In this document: positions 9,279 to 20,564 of the stretch, in pieces | How positions within the stretch are numbered: position 1 is the stretch's first letter | How the letters are laid out: every line of letters starts with the position of its first letter | DNA from: Nitrososphaerales archaeon | GTDB lineage: Archaea; Thermoproteota; Nitrososphaeria; Nitrososphaerales; UBA213 | Direction: 5' to 3' | NCBI GenBank assembly: GCA_965197925.1 | Contig: CBDAOC010000020.1 | Coordinates: 544,001-608,000, forward strand | DNA length: 64,000 nt | Program-made: the position numbers and the translations under genes | The notes under the pieces: model-generated | Databases searched by the model: none | What the model was told of the DNA's origin: nothing | Seen by the model: only the letters and a program-made list of their open reading frames with translations

Positions 9279-11081
9279 ATGCGGATTGGGTTGAAGGAAA
9301 TTCTTGAAAGACAGGTTTCATATTATATGGAAAAAGATGTTATACTGCTCGATAGTAATAGCACGATCTCCCTTGCCAGTAGGATAATGAGGAAGAGAGA
9401 GGATGATAGCGTAGTTGTAATTAAGGAAGGCCAGCCTGTTGGTATAGTAACAGATCAAGATGTTCTCGACAATCTAACTACTAAGGGAATGAATCCTGAA
9501 GGCGCAAACTTAGAATCGATAATGTCTTCTCCACTTATCACAATCAACCCTGAAGCAAAACTAACAGATGCTTTGAAAAATATGCGAGAATTAAACGTCA
9601 AAAAATTGGTTGTTGTTGAAGATGGGGTAGTCAAGGGAATGATAAGACAATCAATGATAGCGAATGCAATTAGAAATGCAGTCATTGTTAAGCCTAGAGG
9701 TGTTAAACCTGGTCTACATTCAGTTCTAGGTAACTTGGGTTTCTTGTTGCAATTTGCAGGGATACTAATTATGATTCCAGCATTAGTTTCAATGTTTCTA
9801 AATGAGGCTTTGGTTGCAGCTAGTATCTTTTTAATGTGTGTCTCATTACTTGCAATAGGATTTTTCCTTAACTCGTATGGAGAAAAGGCACCTTTGAACC
9901 TAAGACAAGCATCTGTTCTAGTGATTTCAAGCTTTTTGTTACTGAGTCTATTCGGCATGATTCCATATGCGTATCTTAATCCTTATGACTCAGTTTCTAT
10001 ACCAGAATTGTTTGTAAATAGTTTCTTCTCTAGCACTGCAGGCTTTACGACGGGGGGAATTTCGCTGATCACAACTCCTGAGGATCTGCCGCAAAGCTTC
10101 AGATTCTACAGGGCATTCACGCAATGGGTGGGTGGCATGAGTTTCATATACCTCGTTATGACAGCATTCTATCCCCAGGGGAAACTAGCAGGTATGCGAG
10201 GATTCATAACTGGCAAAACTTTGCATCTGAAAGAGCTATTTCTAACAATTACTATTATTTTCAGTATCTATGTAAGTATTGTGAGCTTTTTATTCTACAT
10301 TTTCGGTGCAAAAAATATCGTTGACGATGTATCACTAGCATTAACCACTGTTGTAACGGGGGGTTTTCTTCCAAATTCTACCATTCTTCTAAATATGGAA
10401 TGGTACAAAATGGTCGTTTTAATCATTGGAATGATTCTTGGCGCACTTCCATTTACATATCACTATGCATTGATCAAGAGAAGATTTCTGACTCCTTCGT
10501 TAAATAAGGAGATAGCAGTTTTTCTCGCATTAATAGGATTTAGTATAGTAGTTTTTCCTTTTGTTGTTGGAATTGATTTTATAACGAGCATATTCTATGT
10601 CATTTCAGCGAGTACTACTGCAGGTCTGCAGGTAGGAAATATAACTGGATTTAATGACGCCGCTAAAATCTTCCTAATGTTGTTAATGTTTATTGGTGGC
10701 TGTGGATTTTCTACCGCAGGTGGTATCAAGATCTTCAGGTTCATCGATTTAGCCAAGTTGGCTAAAAGAATAAGGTACAAGGAGACATACAGGCAAATGA
10801 CCAAGAAAGATGCAAAGGAACTCGCTTCTATTTTGATCATAATGGCATTGTTTCCATTGATATCATATTTTACTGCTCTTCACATAATGGGTCAAGGCTT
10901 CACTTTCACTGATGCATATTTTGAATCCGTTGCTGCTATAACAACAGGAGGGCTATCTATGGGAGTCACAAGCCTTGAACTTGATTCGCTCTCAAAGATT
11001 TATTTAGCATTGATAATGATTCTGGGAAGATTTGAAATAATAGCCATAATATACATAATGGTTCCTAAGTTGAGGCATTAG
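9279..11081 (+). CDS. trkH: CBS-domain / TrkH potassium uptake permease fusion
   Basis: N-terminal CBS pair (PVGIVTDQD, IMSSPLITI), then four pore motifs (GFTTGG, VVTGGF, STTAG, AITTGG) and GGCGFSTAGGIKIFR. Start moved downstream of the tRNA. Confidence 0.9.
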   Translation: MRIGLKEILERQVSYYMEKDVILLDSNSTISLASRIMRKREDDSVVVIKEGQPVGIVTDQDVLDNLTTKGMNPEGANLESIMSSPLITINPEAKLTDALKNMRELNVKKLVVVEDGVVKGMIRQSMIANAIRNAVIVKPRGVKPGLHSVLGNLGFLLQFAGILIMIPALVSMFLNEALVAASIFLMCVSLLAIGFFLNSYGEKAPLNLRQASVLVISSFLLLSLFGMIPYAYLNPYDSVSIPELFVNSFFSSTAGFTTGGISLITTPEDLPQSFRFYRAFTQWVGGMSFIYLVMTAFYPQGKLAGMRGFITGKTLHLKELFLTITIIFSIYVSIVSFLFYIFGAKNIVDDVSLALTTVVTGGFLPNSTILLNMEWYKMVVLIIGMILGALPFTYHYALIKRRFLTPSLNKEIAVFLALIGFSIVVFPFVVGIDFITSIFYVISASTTAGLQVGNITGFNDAAKIFLMLLMFIGGCGFSTAGGIKIFRFIDLAKLAKRIRYKETYRQMTKKDAKELASILIIMALFPLISYFTALHIMGQGFTFTDAYFESVAAITTGGLSMGVTSLELDSLSKIYLALIMILGRFEIIAIIYIMVPKLRH

Positions 11082-11127
11082 AAATTACAAATATGTAACT
11101 TTTATAATACAATAGGACAATTATATA

Positions 11128-11508
11128 ATGATTAAAAAACTGGTGTTCAAGCGTGATGTTGTAAACAGCATAATTACATTCTGTAAGATGCATCACCCAA
11201 ACGAGACCATTCTTATATTAAGAGGAAACATTGGGAATGATTCAATTGTTGTAGATAGTCTCATAATTCCACCATTAGCTGAAGGTGGCCCTTTCTATTC
11301 TGGTTTCCCTTCAGATATGCTTCCTGGGGATATATCTATTTTGGGAACAGCGCATTCCCATCCAAGTGGAGGTTCCGAACCATCTTTAATTGATGTGAAT
11401 CACTTTACAGGAGTTGTAGGAGTAATCGCAAGATATCCGTATGAAGAAAACGATTTCTTCGCTTACAACTCCAAAGGTGAAAAATTAGATTTTTTTGTAC
11501 AAGATTAG
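11128..11508 (+). CDS. JAMM/MPN+ metalloprotease
   Basis: HPNE ... HSHPSGGSEPSLID matches E-x(n)-HSH-x7-S-x2-D. Confidence 0.9.
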   Translation: MIKKLVFKRDVVNSIITFCKMHHPNETILILRGNIGNDSIVVDSLIIPPLAEGGPFYSGFPSDMLPGDISILGTAHSHPSGGSEPSLIDVNHFTGVVGVIARYPYEENDFFAYNSKGEKLDFFVQD

Positions 11509-11558
11509 TTTTATAATTTCCAATTGCAAAAAAGATTTAAAAGGTTGCCCAAAGAAAT

Positions 11559-11870
11559 GTGAGTAGGAATTCGATGAACTACTATCGTAGGATGTTAACG
11601 TGGTTAGTATTTTCTTTGGTGGTCAGTATGGCATTGACATATTTGTTTGGATCCATTTTTCCTGGTATAGGAATATTTGTTGGTCTAGCTATGGCGGTGG
11701 GCATTTTTATCTTATTATCAATCTACATTAGAAAGAAAACGTTGCAGGGGACTATGAGTGGTGGGATGTTTGCAGGAGGAATAAATTACATTTGTATCGC
11801 ATGCGGGCACAGGTTCAAAGGTGGTTCTTGTCCTAGATGTGGTTCAAAGATGAGAAAGGCAGAATTTTAG
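11559..11870 (+). CDS. Two-TM membrane protein with C-terminal zinc ribbon
   Basis: Two hydrophobic stretches, then CIACG...CPRCGS. Confidence 0.75.
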   Translation: MSRNSMNYYRRMLTWLVFSLVVSMALTYLFGSIFPGIGIFVGLAMAVGIFILLSIYIRKKTLQGTMSGGMFAGGINYICIACGHRFKGGSCPRCGSKMRKAEF

Positions 11871-11906
11871 GTTAAGATTTTATGTAATAAGAATCTGTTT
11901 ATAGAC

Positions 11907-12224
11907 ATGACATTGGAAGAACTCCGAAGCAAGGCCTTGTTTCAAAATACTATTGATGTATGGATAATGCATTGCGAGGAAAGTAAACTTGAATGGTTTG
12001 ATACTGATGCTTACCGGGCATTTATAACTCATATGTTAGAAAACGATATTAAGATGCAGAAATTTCCACTTTGTATAAAAGAAAGTGGAGGTATGTTTGA
12101 AAGGGGTAGAGATAAGACCCAGTTTCTTGATAAGCTTTCCAAATTCGACAATCCTGATGCAATGGCGTATACTTTGAAGTTATCTGATAAGACCCTTTCT
12201 ATTATACGTGCTTTCAGGCGCTAA
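11907..12224 (+). CDS. Hypothetical protein
   Basis: Clean 105-aa ORF co-oriented with its neighbours. No motif recognised. Confidence 0.7.
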   Translation: MTLEELRSKALFQNTIDVWIMHCEESKLEWFDTDAYRAFITHMLENDIKMQKFPLCIKESGGMFERGRDKTQFLDKLSKFDNPDAMAYTLKLSDKTLSIIRAFRR

Positions 12225-13594
12225 TTCTTCTTCATCTTTGGATTTACAATAGAGTCAAGGGCCGTACCAATCAATACAAATGCCAAACCCGTTATTGCTA
12301 TCATAATCCCCGGTGGCAGTATCCACCACCAGAGCCCTCTTGCTGCAGCTCCAAATGTATTTGCATCATGTAAAATCTGACCCCATGTTGGCAGGGTTGG
12401 ATCACCAAGCCCAAGAAAACTCAATCCTGCTTCAGTGATTATTGCAGCTGGAACCGAAATTGCGATTACTGCAAATGCGTATGGCAACACTTGAGGGAAA
12501 ATATGTTTGAAAACTATCCTGATGCTTGACTGACCCATGAGCTGCGCAGCTTCTATGTATTGTAGATGTTTTATTTGTAGTGCCATACTTCTAGAAATCT
12601 TTGCAATTGCTACCCATCCAAATATTATTAGATATCCAACTATGAGAAATATACTTTTGCCAACCGTAATTGCAAGCAAAATGAGCACTGGTAGGGCAGG
12701 CAATGCGTAAACAACATCATTTGCTCTCATCATAACTTCATCTGTTCTTCTACCTCTGTAGCCAGAAATTATTCCATACATTAAACCTATTATTACGGAA
12801 ATTGAAGAAACTGAGATGCCTATAAAAAGTGCTATAGGAGTGCCCCATATTATTCCAACTGCAAGATCTCGTCTTAGCTCATCCGTGCCAAGCAACCCAT
12901 AAACTTTGCCTCCCAATAAAAGCTCACTGCTAATAACATTATCCGTGTCGTTGAAGAGAAAGAATGTGGTTGTCATAGTATAAGTTCCTTTCAATACCTT
13001 CGATTCATGTAGATCCGAAAACAAGGTAATCTCTGGTTGTGACTCATCAATCGGATAATTATAAGCATAAAGAAGGTTCCTAACATTATTCTTGACTGCA
13101 GAGTCAGTTGAGAATATTGTTCCCGTATATGTATATGATCCAACCTTCGGCGTTGGTAGTGAGGTTCGCAACAATTCAATTTGATTACCATCTGGTCTCT
13201 CTATAGAGAACTGTAATAATGGTGGTGTAGTGTGATACTGTACAATGTAATTGACCATAAAATCATTTAGGAACTTGTCATAGTTGTAATTGAAGATGAA
13301 TCTATGTGATACCGTTCGTAGACCATCTTGGTTTGTTTCAATCACATATGGTTCACTAATTATCTTATGTTCTGGCAATTTAGTTATCAAAAAATAATTA
13401 ACCCATATAGGCATTGCAGATTTTGGGTTGTTAATCCATTGTGCTGGATTCTGCCATTGTTGGAAAGTTTCTAGAGGGATTGTTACAACTGCCACTATGG
13501 ATATTACTACCAACGCTATAAGTATGATCAAACCTGCGATACCAGTTTTGTAACGCCTGAACTCTTTCCAAATGTCCGAAAAAGCCAGACTCAT
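12221..13594 (-). CDS. oppC: Oligopeptide/dipeptide ABC transporter permease (OppC/DppC-like)
   Basis: LLGTDELRRD, EAA-like loop YIEAAQLMG, EAGLSFLGLGDP..WG. Confidence 0.92.
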   Translation of the reverse strand: MSLAFSDIWKEFRRYKTGIAGLIILIALVVISIVAVVTIPLETFQQWQNPAQWINNPKSAMPIWVNYFLITKLPEHKIISEPYVIETNQDGLRTVSHRFIFNYNYDKFLNDFMVNYIVQYHTTPPLLQFSIERPDGNQIELLRTSLPTPKVGSYTYTGTIFSTDSAVKNNVRNLLYAYNYPIDESQPEITLFSDLHESKVLKGTYTMTTTFFLFNDTDNVISSELLLGGKVYGLLGTDELRRDLAVGIIWGTPIALFIGISVSSISVIIGLMYGIISGYRGRRTDEVMMRANDVVYALPALPVLILLAITVGKSIFLIVGYLIIFGWVAIAKISRSMALQIKHLQYIEAAQLMGQSSIRIVFKHIFPQVLPYAFAVIAISVPAAIITEAGLSFLGLGDPTLPTWGQILHDANTFGAAARGLWWWILPPGIMIAITGLAFVLIGTALDSIVNPKMKKN

Positions 13595-14643
13595 GATACC
13601 TTCACCCTAGGATCGAAAAGCCCATAGAGTAGATCAGCTATAAAGATGCCTGCAAGAAATACTAAAGTTGTGATATATGTTAGTCCAATTATCACCGGCA
13701 CATCAAAGATATTGATAGCATCAAAGTAAAGCTTACCCATTCCCGGCCAATCAAACACAGCTTCAGTAATTATGGCTCCTCCTATTGAAGCGGAAAGACC
13801 AAGGGAGACGGATGTAATTATAGGAGGGGCTGCATTCTTCAACGCATGTGAATATACCACTTTATGTTCAGGAATTCCTTCTGCTCTCTTTACCATTATG
13901 TAATCCTCGTTAAGTATACCGATTACAAAGTTTCGTACAATGTAGGCCCATGCACCAAATCCTATTAGGACCAGTGTAATTAAGGGCAATGTCATATGAT
14001 ACAGCAGCGACCATATGTAAGCAGGGTCAGTTACTGAGATCAACGGTGTAGCTCGCGCTGGAAATATTCTGTAAACAAATGCAAAAGCAAATATCATAAG
14101 CATACCAGTCCACCAAACAGGGAAGCTGCTACTTATTACCGCAAAACCTGAAGTGAGCCTGTCTACTATTGAACCTGCTTTACTTGCTGAGAATGCGCCC
14201 AGAAACAAACCTATCAGTGTTATTATCACCGTCGCCGTTGTGAAGAGTAGTATTGTTCTAGGAAGCTTCTCGAAAATTATGTCTCTAACATTATTTGAAC
14301 CGGTATCGCTTTGAAGGAAAAACGACCTGCCAAGATCAAAAAATAGTATCTTTAGCATCGTAGATCCTAACCTCTTTGGAGAATACCAAGGTTCATCCAA
14401 TCCTATTGCCTTGGAACGAGCTTCGATCAAGTTTTTCTTGTAACTTTCCAGTTCATTAGGATCCTTGAAACCGCTTATCAATGCCCTGTTGTTTGTTATT
14501 TCCTCCATAACACTCACCTCGATGGAACGCTTGAGGATATTATCCATTGTTGGTCCAACGAGAACAAGTGTAAGAAATATGACGAAGAAAAGCACAATCA
14601 CCATATTGACAGAACGTTTTAGCAGGAATCGACCGAAGCCCAT
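13591..14643 (-). CDS. oppB: Oligopeptide/dipeptide ABC transporter permease (OppB/DppB-like)
   Basis: DLGRSF, EDYIMVKRAEG, HALKNA, ITEAVFDWPGMG. Confidence 0.92.
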   Translation of the reverse strand: MGFGRFLLKRSVNMVIVLFFVIFLTLVLVGPTMDNILKRSIEVSVMEEITNNRALISGFKDPNELESYKKNLIEARSKAIGLDEPWYSPKRLGSTMLKILFFDLGRSFFLQSDTGSNNVRDIIFEKLPRTILLFTTATVIITLIGLFLGAFSASKAGSIVDRLTSGFAVISSSFPVWWTGMLMIFAFAFVYRIFPARATPLISVTDPAYIWSLLYHMTLPLITLVLIGFGAWAYIVRNFVIGILNEDYIMVKRAEGIPEHKVVYSHALKNAAPPIITSVSLGLSASIGGAIITEAVFDWPGMGKLYFDAINIFDVPVIIGLTYITTLVFLAGIFIADLLYGLFDPRVKVS

Positions 14644-14756
14644 CTCTATTCACTTATCAAGATCAAGTTTCTATTAAGCATGACATCATACCAGTTATTC
14701 AAGCCACCCCAAACCTATTGGATACATAATAGAAACTTCTAAGACAAGGTCTAGGA

Positions 14757-17744
14757 TCATTTCCTTCTTTCAATTGTGTATTTGTAGAATGTTCTTGTCG
14801 ATACTATCGAACTAATGATGAGAGTAGTTAGTACTAAAGCAGGTGTGGAAATCATTAGAAGGTGTTTATTGCTAGAAATAATTCCAAGCAATACAGAGCC
14901 TATTAAAATTCCCATTATTATCATTACAACTCGTAAAGAAAATTCATATTTTCTAATCTTCCTAATTGCGAACATTAACGGAAAGAAATACATTGTTCCT
15001 ATCAAAGAACTCGCGGTTAATCCTGCGATAATGGCACCACTTTCACCTCCAAATAGTCCAAATGCTTTCTCCGAAAGCACAAGTATTTGAATTAGTGGGT
15101 AGATAGATATTTTGACAAGTTGTTGCATCCAGATGTTGTCCCTCGCATAATCAGCTATATACGGGCTAAACGAATAATACCAAGCATTGAATATGTGCAT
15201 AAAGCTATAACCTGCCTCAGTTGTCAAAATCTTATTATCTCTGAAATTTCTCAAAAACTGCACTTCTGAACTCAATTCGGAACCAAATGTTGCAGTGGCT
15301 ATAAGGCAACCAGAGGGTTGTTGTTCGGGCTGAAGGGGCGGAGTCGGAGGAGTTGATACAGTAGGAGTTGAAAATGTTGATTCGGTTGCCAAACCTATAA
15401 CGCTTGTAGTATAGATATCGGGTTTGAGTGCTACATTACTAATGGCGAAGAGTTTCAACTGATTAGGACCAGTCGACAACTCGGCTGTGTCACTGTTTGA
15501 AAGGATTATCTCGAACTTTCCATCCGATGATGGTTTTATATTACCATTTACTACAGGACTGCCTTCCTTGTTCTTCAAGAAATAATATATCTTAACATCA
15601 CTGTATTTTGCTTTGGTCTCTATATCTCCTGATATGGTAACTGTTGAACCTAAGTTGATGGACAATGGTGAGCTAATGTTAATCAATTTTACAATCTTCG
15701 CTTCTTCGAATTCTTTCCACTTGCCCACTTCAAATGGATAGGAGTTATCTCTGAAAGCATTGAGAGTGATTGTCCTTGCTTCTGGGTTATAGTTTTGCAG
15801 AAAGAATGGACCGTTGCTTATTACCGCATGCCTCTTTTCTTCTATCCAATTTATGCTAGCATCATACCTGCCTACTGCATCAGCAGAACTTACAGATTCG
15901 CGAAGTGCAATTGGTACAAAATTATCATTTTTGAATTGTGTTAATGTATTCTTTATCTTATCGGCATTATCCGTTATTATTAAAGACAACCAGTCGACAT
16001 TCTTGGAATCGGCATCTGCTTTAGAAAAAGCGGCATTACCATCCATAACAATTTTCTCCATCGCTGCAGTGATCTCCCATGGCATGGAACTCCAAGCTCC
16101 CATATAGGCAGCTATCTCTCCTTCATCAAAATGCCAATAATCGATATATACCTCGATCTTATTTTCTGAAAGGATTCTAATGCCTTTGATTGTTTTTACG
16201 AGTGGCTCCATTTGTGATGTATATTCTGCATCGATTGTGCGATCATTCTCTCCTTCATTTGTGCCCCATTCAAAAGTAAAATACAGAGAATATAGAATAT
16301 CGCTCTCTGTCATTTCAATATCATGGTGCCATTTGCTATATGTAAGATCGTATACAACATTACTTGTTGCGTTTACATCAGAGCCAACTTTAACCCATTC
16401 TTCATTAACTGCATCCCATTTAACAGCATCAGATGGAACGATTAATTTTTCACTTGGTCCTGCTGTTGTCACTTGCCAAGAAGTCCTTATGGGTATTACA
16501 TCTCCAGTGTGGGGGTTTCTGAATGTGTCAGGATCAGTTATACCCATCCATATTCTATTTGCGTAAACGTCCCTAAATCCTCCTATAGGGTTCCAAGCTC
16601 CCTGGTAGATATGCTTGACGCCGATCTTAAGATTATCCTTGTCCTCAACAATTCCATTGATGAGTGTAAACCTACTAGTGATGCCAGCACTAAAATCATT
16701 TACAATTCTTTCCAGCTTGTTTGATGCGATATAAGGATCGATTAAACTCGCAACAAATATCCTAACTGACTCATCAATTCCTATTTTGACTGCATCCATG
16801 AGCAATCGGTCACGTTCATCTTTGCTCGTGAAATTGCCAATTAATATGCTTTGGGTTAATCTATCAAGTTCTTCGTTCTCGTAGTTCCAAGATCCCGCAA
16901 TCTGAAATCCAGGCATGTTAGCATACCATGGTGCATACATCTGCGATCCTATTATAGAGTCAAACCGAACAAAGCCTGCCCTACCTCCCCACCCCTCAGT
17001 ATAAATATGCCATCCTTGGTCCTTTGGATCTGTACCATATACTACAGTAAATGCCTTGTTTAGATCTCCAAAATCCTTTGATACAACAAACCCTATCTTT
17101 TCCAGTTCTGAAGAGATCAATTCACCCAAAGCATTTCTTCTTGGATCATCACTCCTTATCATGAACTTTACTTCTATAGGTTTATCATTATAGTACCACT
17201 TACCATCTGCCCCCTTCAAAGCTCCCTCTTCTATCATTGCATTGGTAATCATATCGTGGGCAAACTGTGGATTGTAGGTGAATCCAAAAGATTCCACTGT
17301 ATCTATTAAGATCAGGTAATCGGGGTCAAATTGGCTGAACGCAGAGAACATGGGAGAGCCGAAGCCCTTTAGAATTTCATTTACTATTAGCTGTCTATTT
17401 ATCAAGTAATTCATAGCATACCTTACTTCTTGATTTGAGAATGGGTTAAGCCCATTCGGGTCCGGAGCTGGATTCAGCAGTAAGCTAAGGGACCCACCTA
17501 CTGATTCGTATACTCTAACATTTGGATCGTTCTTATTAGCGGATACAAGTTCTAGAGGCATTCTGAAGAAGTATAGATCCAAGTTACCTGCTTTGACTTC
17601 TTGCACCGCAACACTTTCATCCAGATAATGTATGAACTGAATCTCTTCAACGTTAGGACCTCTTGGTGTTTGGCCGTAAGTATTTGGTTGAAGAGGAGCA
17701 AAAAGGATAAGCATCAACAACGCAGTAAGAACTATCCTAATCAT
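14757..17744 (-). CDS. oppA: Family 5 solute-binding protein (OppA/DppA) with CFI-box-CTERM-like membrane-anchored C-terminus
   Basis: Signal peptide, NPFSNQEVRYAMNYLINR, NGPFFL, a Pro/Thr linker, then GCLIATATFGSELSSEVQFLRNFRD and TM helices. Confidence 0.9.
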   Translation of the reverse strand: MIRIVLTALLMLILFAPLQPNTYGQTPRGPNVEEIQFIHYLDESVAVQEVKAGNLDLYFFRMPLELVSANKNDPNVRVYESVGGSLSLLLNPAPDPNGLNPFSNQEVRYAMNYLINRQLIVNEILKGFGSPMFSAFSQFDPDYLILIDTVESFGFTYNPQFAHDMITNAMIEEGALKGADGKWYYNDKPIEVKFMIRSDDPRRNALGELISSELEKIGFVVSKDFGDLNKAFTVVYGTDPKDQGWHIYTEGWGGRAGFVRFDSIIGSQMYAPWYANMPGFQIAGSWNYENEELDRLTQSILIGNFTSKDERDRLLMDAVKIGIDESVRIFVASLIDPYIASNKLERIVNDFSAGITSRFTLINGIVEDKDNLKIGVKHIYQGAWNPIGGFRDVYANRIWMGITDPDTFRNPHTGDVIPIRTSWQVTTAGPSEKLIVPSDAVKWDAVNEEWVKVGSDVNATSNVVYDLTYSKWHHDIEMTESDILYSLYFTFEWGTNEGENDRTIDAEYTSQMEPLVKTIKGIRILSENKIEVYIDYWHFDEGEIAAYMGAWSSMPWEITAAMEKIVMDGNAAFSKADADSKNVDWLSLIITDNADKIKNTLTQFKNDNFVPIALRESVSSADAVGRYDASINWIEEKRHAVISNGPFFLQNYNPEARTITLNAFRDNSYPFEVGKWKEFEEAKIVKLINISSPLSINLGSTVTISGDIETKAKYSDVKIYYFLKNKEGSPVVNGNIKPSSDGKFEIILSNSDTAELSTGPNQLKLFAISNVALKPDIYTTSVIGLATESTFSTPTVSTPPTPPLQPEQQPSGCLIATATFGSELSSEVQFLRNFRDNKILTTEAGYSFMHIFNAWYYSFSPYIADYARDNIWMQQLVKISIYPLIQILVLSEKAFGLFGGESGAIIAGLTASSLIGTMYFFPLMFAIRKIRKYEFSLRVVMIIMGILIGSVLLGIISSNKHLLMISTPALVLTTLIISSIVSTRTFYKYTIERRK

Positions 17745-17773
17745 GATAAGACTTTAGGAATGAAGAATTTAAT

Positions 17774-18433
17774 ATGTATTGTGATGTGTATGCTGATTAC
17801 ATGAATTCATCTCTAATATTGAAAGCTATACAAGTGATATGCAAGGGGAGTTATTCCATTGATGAATTCGCAGTTGCTGCTGGTTTGGGCAAGAACATAG
17901 CAGAAGATCTTCTTGGATTTCTTCGGAAATATGAAATTGGTATAGTAAGTTCAGAGAAAGTAGAATTTCGAGTATCAGATAAAGTGAATGCAAGCGTGTT
18001 GGCTATACAAATGGGTGCTGATCCGGAAGATATTTCAAATTTTTTGACTTGGAAGGATTTCGAACTGCTAGCTAGAATCATGCTAGATAAGAGCGGCTAT
18101 ATTGCGGAGCATGAATTTAGAATGAAGAGACCGAGATTCGAGATAGATGTTGTTGGAATCAAAGATTCAATAGCATTGCTGATTGATTGTAAACACTGGA
18201 AGAGATGTAGTCTATCTGCGTTGGAAAGGTTTGCGTATATGCAGGTTAAGAGGGCACAAGCATTTCTTGTTTTACAAAATGATCTAAAATATGTAGTTCC
18301 AATCATACTTACTTTACATTCTGAATCAATAGTAAATGTAAAAAGAGTACCTGTAGTTCCAATAATAAAATTTAGGTCTTTTCTAAACGAAATATCTGGT
18401 TATCTTGATGAATTTAGAGTTGTTCATGTCTGA
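17774..18433 (+). CDS. Restriction endonuclease-like (Mrr_cat/PD-(D/E)XK) protein with N-terminal HTH-like region
   Basis: LTWKDFE...EIDVVG...LLIDCKHW. The true start may be 17801. Confidence 0.75.
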   Translation: MYCDVYADYMNSSLILKAIQVICKGSYSIDEFAVAAGLGKNIAEDLLGFLRKYEIGIVSSEKVEFRVSDKVNASVLAIQMGADPEDISNFLTWKDFELLARIMLDKSGYIAEHEFRMKRPRFEIDVVGIKDSIALLIDCKHWKRCSLSALERFAYMQVKRAQAFLVLQNDLKYVVPIILTLHSESIVNVKRVPVVPIIKFRSFLNEISGYLDEFRVVHV

Positions 18434-18800
18434 CATATTCATTCTTCTTTGGAGATCCAGTCCGAAATTGTATACCATTTAAGATTTTTGTTCAACAAAT
18501 CGTAAAAATATTATTAGAGTAGTTAAAGATACAAACCTTATTCCTCCGACTTTTGGCAGATTGGATTTTGATAAAAGTAAATTTTATTGATAATAACTAT
18601 GACAATTCACAATACTGCTTAGAATTTTTAAAATTACACAATTAACGATAATTGAGGGTCTTGTTTCCTTTAGGATCTTACCTCTACCTCCGTCATCTTC
18701 AGGTCCAAGCAAGTATAGTAACCTTTGGTTAAGTTTTGATAATAAGAAAGGATAAATGTGGCTCAAAAATTATGTTGCTAGTGTTTGTAAAAAAACATGA

Positions 18801-20561
18801 TTATCCGATAACTAAGACTGTTATATATAACGCAACGGTAAGGACAAAAGAGGCTTTGGTGATATTCATGCCACGATCTAAGCCATTTGAATAAACACTA
18901 AACTGTTCACTACCCATCACCTTTACATTCGATAGTGTGTGGGACACTTCATAACTTGCATTTGTCATTCTCTCTATTGCTTTTGTTGCCATCTCAAGAT
19001 ACCACTTGCTAACATCAGCAAATGAACTCAAACTGCCAAACGTGAAGTATCCTTTAATATTTCGTGCTCTCCCCGATGTGAAATGTGTATCTGAGGTACA
19101 AACCTCAATCATCGATATATGATTTGAGGAAAGATAATGAATTATATTTTCCCGTAGGTTCTTAACCATGTTGTTGCCATCAGCCCATCCTATAGTAACC
19201 AATTTTTCATTCACTCTAATTGCCAATACGCTTAGTCCAGCCGGACCAACATCGTTAGAATTTACGCCAATTTCTGATGAATGGCAGAACCCATATTCAA
19301 AATTGAACTGTGGTTTCTTTTTGAGTTCATTCAAAGAAATTCTGCAAGCTTTTAGCATATCAGTTCTATCCTCTTCGTTAAGATGCATGCCGATAGAATT
19401 ATGTGCATCGATCACTATAGCCAGAGTGAAATCTTTTTCTTTTGCATACCTCTCTACTTCTTTTCTGATTAGAACTGGAACATCTTCCATACCATGAGGA
19501 GATAATGTCAAAAATAATAATGCCACTTTCCCATAAGCAATACTGGTAACATATGCCTTGTTGATCTGAATTTCTAGAGGCTCTGTGCAAGTTTTACCAT
19601 TCTCAAAAAGAGTTTTACTGCTAAGACTGTTGATGTAATATCCAACTTGTTCTTTTGATGGAAGATTTAGTGAGTGATCTGATATGCTGTGCATAACAAG
19701 TGCCTGTACCACATTTGGAGAGTATGCTTTATAGATTTCATATGGAAGATTACTCCCACCAACGGGGTAGAACGGGCCGGGATGCAAGTCAGGAACTACT
19801 ATCCCTGATTTACCAAACGTTGTTTTGAAGAATAATGTGTAAGTGTTTAACCTTGACTCATGTGCTCTACTTTCAATGATGTTCTCCAATGATTTTGGAT
19901 TAAGATCAGTCCAAGCCAGCAAATAAGCCTGAAGTACCCTGAATAAACTTTTGACACTAGGTCTTCCAGCTCTGTCAGTTATAACAGACCAGATCGAGGC
20001 TATTGTGATGAATGAAAGACCAAATCCTAGACTTACGTGGTCTACAAAATGAAACGGAATAGATTCTATAGGCATGAAGGCTACTAAGAAGAGTAATGGT
20101 AGTATGGTAGAAGCTAATATTGATCGAGGTAAACCTGCACCAAATACGGATGTGAATACGATTATTCTAAAACCGATTGTAAGGAAAAAGCCGATAACGA
20201 TATAATGAGAATCTATAATAGGCTTTGAGAAAACATAAGCCGCAGTCACTCCTAAAACTATAGTAATTAGCCAAATAATGTTTGCAAAGGCAGATGTATG
20301 GTAGATCTTTGTAAGTTTCGCAACGGGTAAGTTATTCAGCATTACGAAATCAATCATATTTGCGGCATAAAGAACTACTAGTGATAAAGGTAGTACTATA
20401 GTAAGCTCAGATAATGGGATCTGTAGATAGTAAACATAAGATAAGACAACTATTAGTGATGCACAGAGAAATGAAATTAGCAGTGATGTTATATGGGATT
20501 CTGGATTTATTAGTGTAAGATAGAATCTCTTGTGTATTCTGCCAACAGATTCTTCACTCAT
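18801..20561 (-). CDS. DUF2070 family membrane protein
   Basis: N-terminal TM bundle, HPGPFYPVGGSNLP, DAHNS, DGNNM, TSDTH. Typical archaeal position after Sec61beta. Confidence 0.85.
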   Translation of the reverse strand: MSEESVGRIHKRFYLTLINPESHITSLLISFLCASLIVVLSYVYYLQIPLSELTIVLPLSLVVLYAANMIDFVMLNNLPVAKLTKIYHTSAFANIIWLITIVLGVTAAYVFSKPIIDSHYIVIGFFLTIGFRIIVFTSVFGAGLPRSILASTILPLLFLVAFMPIESIPFHFVDHVSLGFGLSFITIASIWSVITDRAGRPSVKSLFRVLQAYLLAWTDLNPKSLENIIESRAHESRLNTYTLFFKTTFGKSGIVVPDLHPGPFYPVGGSNLPYEIYKAYSPNVVQALVMHSISDHSLNLPSKEQVGYYINSLSSKTLFENGKTCTEPLEIQINKAYVTSIAYGKVALLFLTLSPHGMEDVPVLIRKEVERYAKEKDFTLAIVIDAHNSIGMHLNEEDRTDMLKACRISLNELKKKPQFNFEYGFCHSSEIGVNSNDVGPAGLSVLAIRVNEKLVTIGWADGNNMVKNLRENIIHYLSSNHISMIEVCTSDTHFTSGRARNIKGYFTFGSLSSFADVSKWYLEMATKAIERMTNASYEVSHTLSNVKVMGSEQFSVYSNGLDRGMNITKASFVLTVALYITVLVIG

Positions 20562-20564
20562 GGG

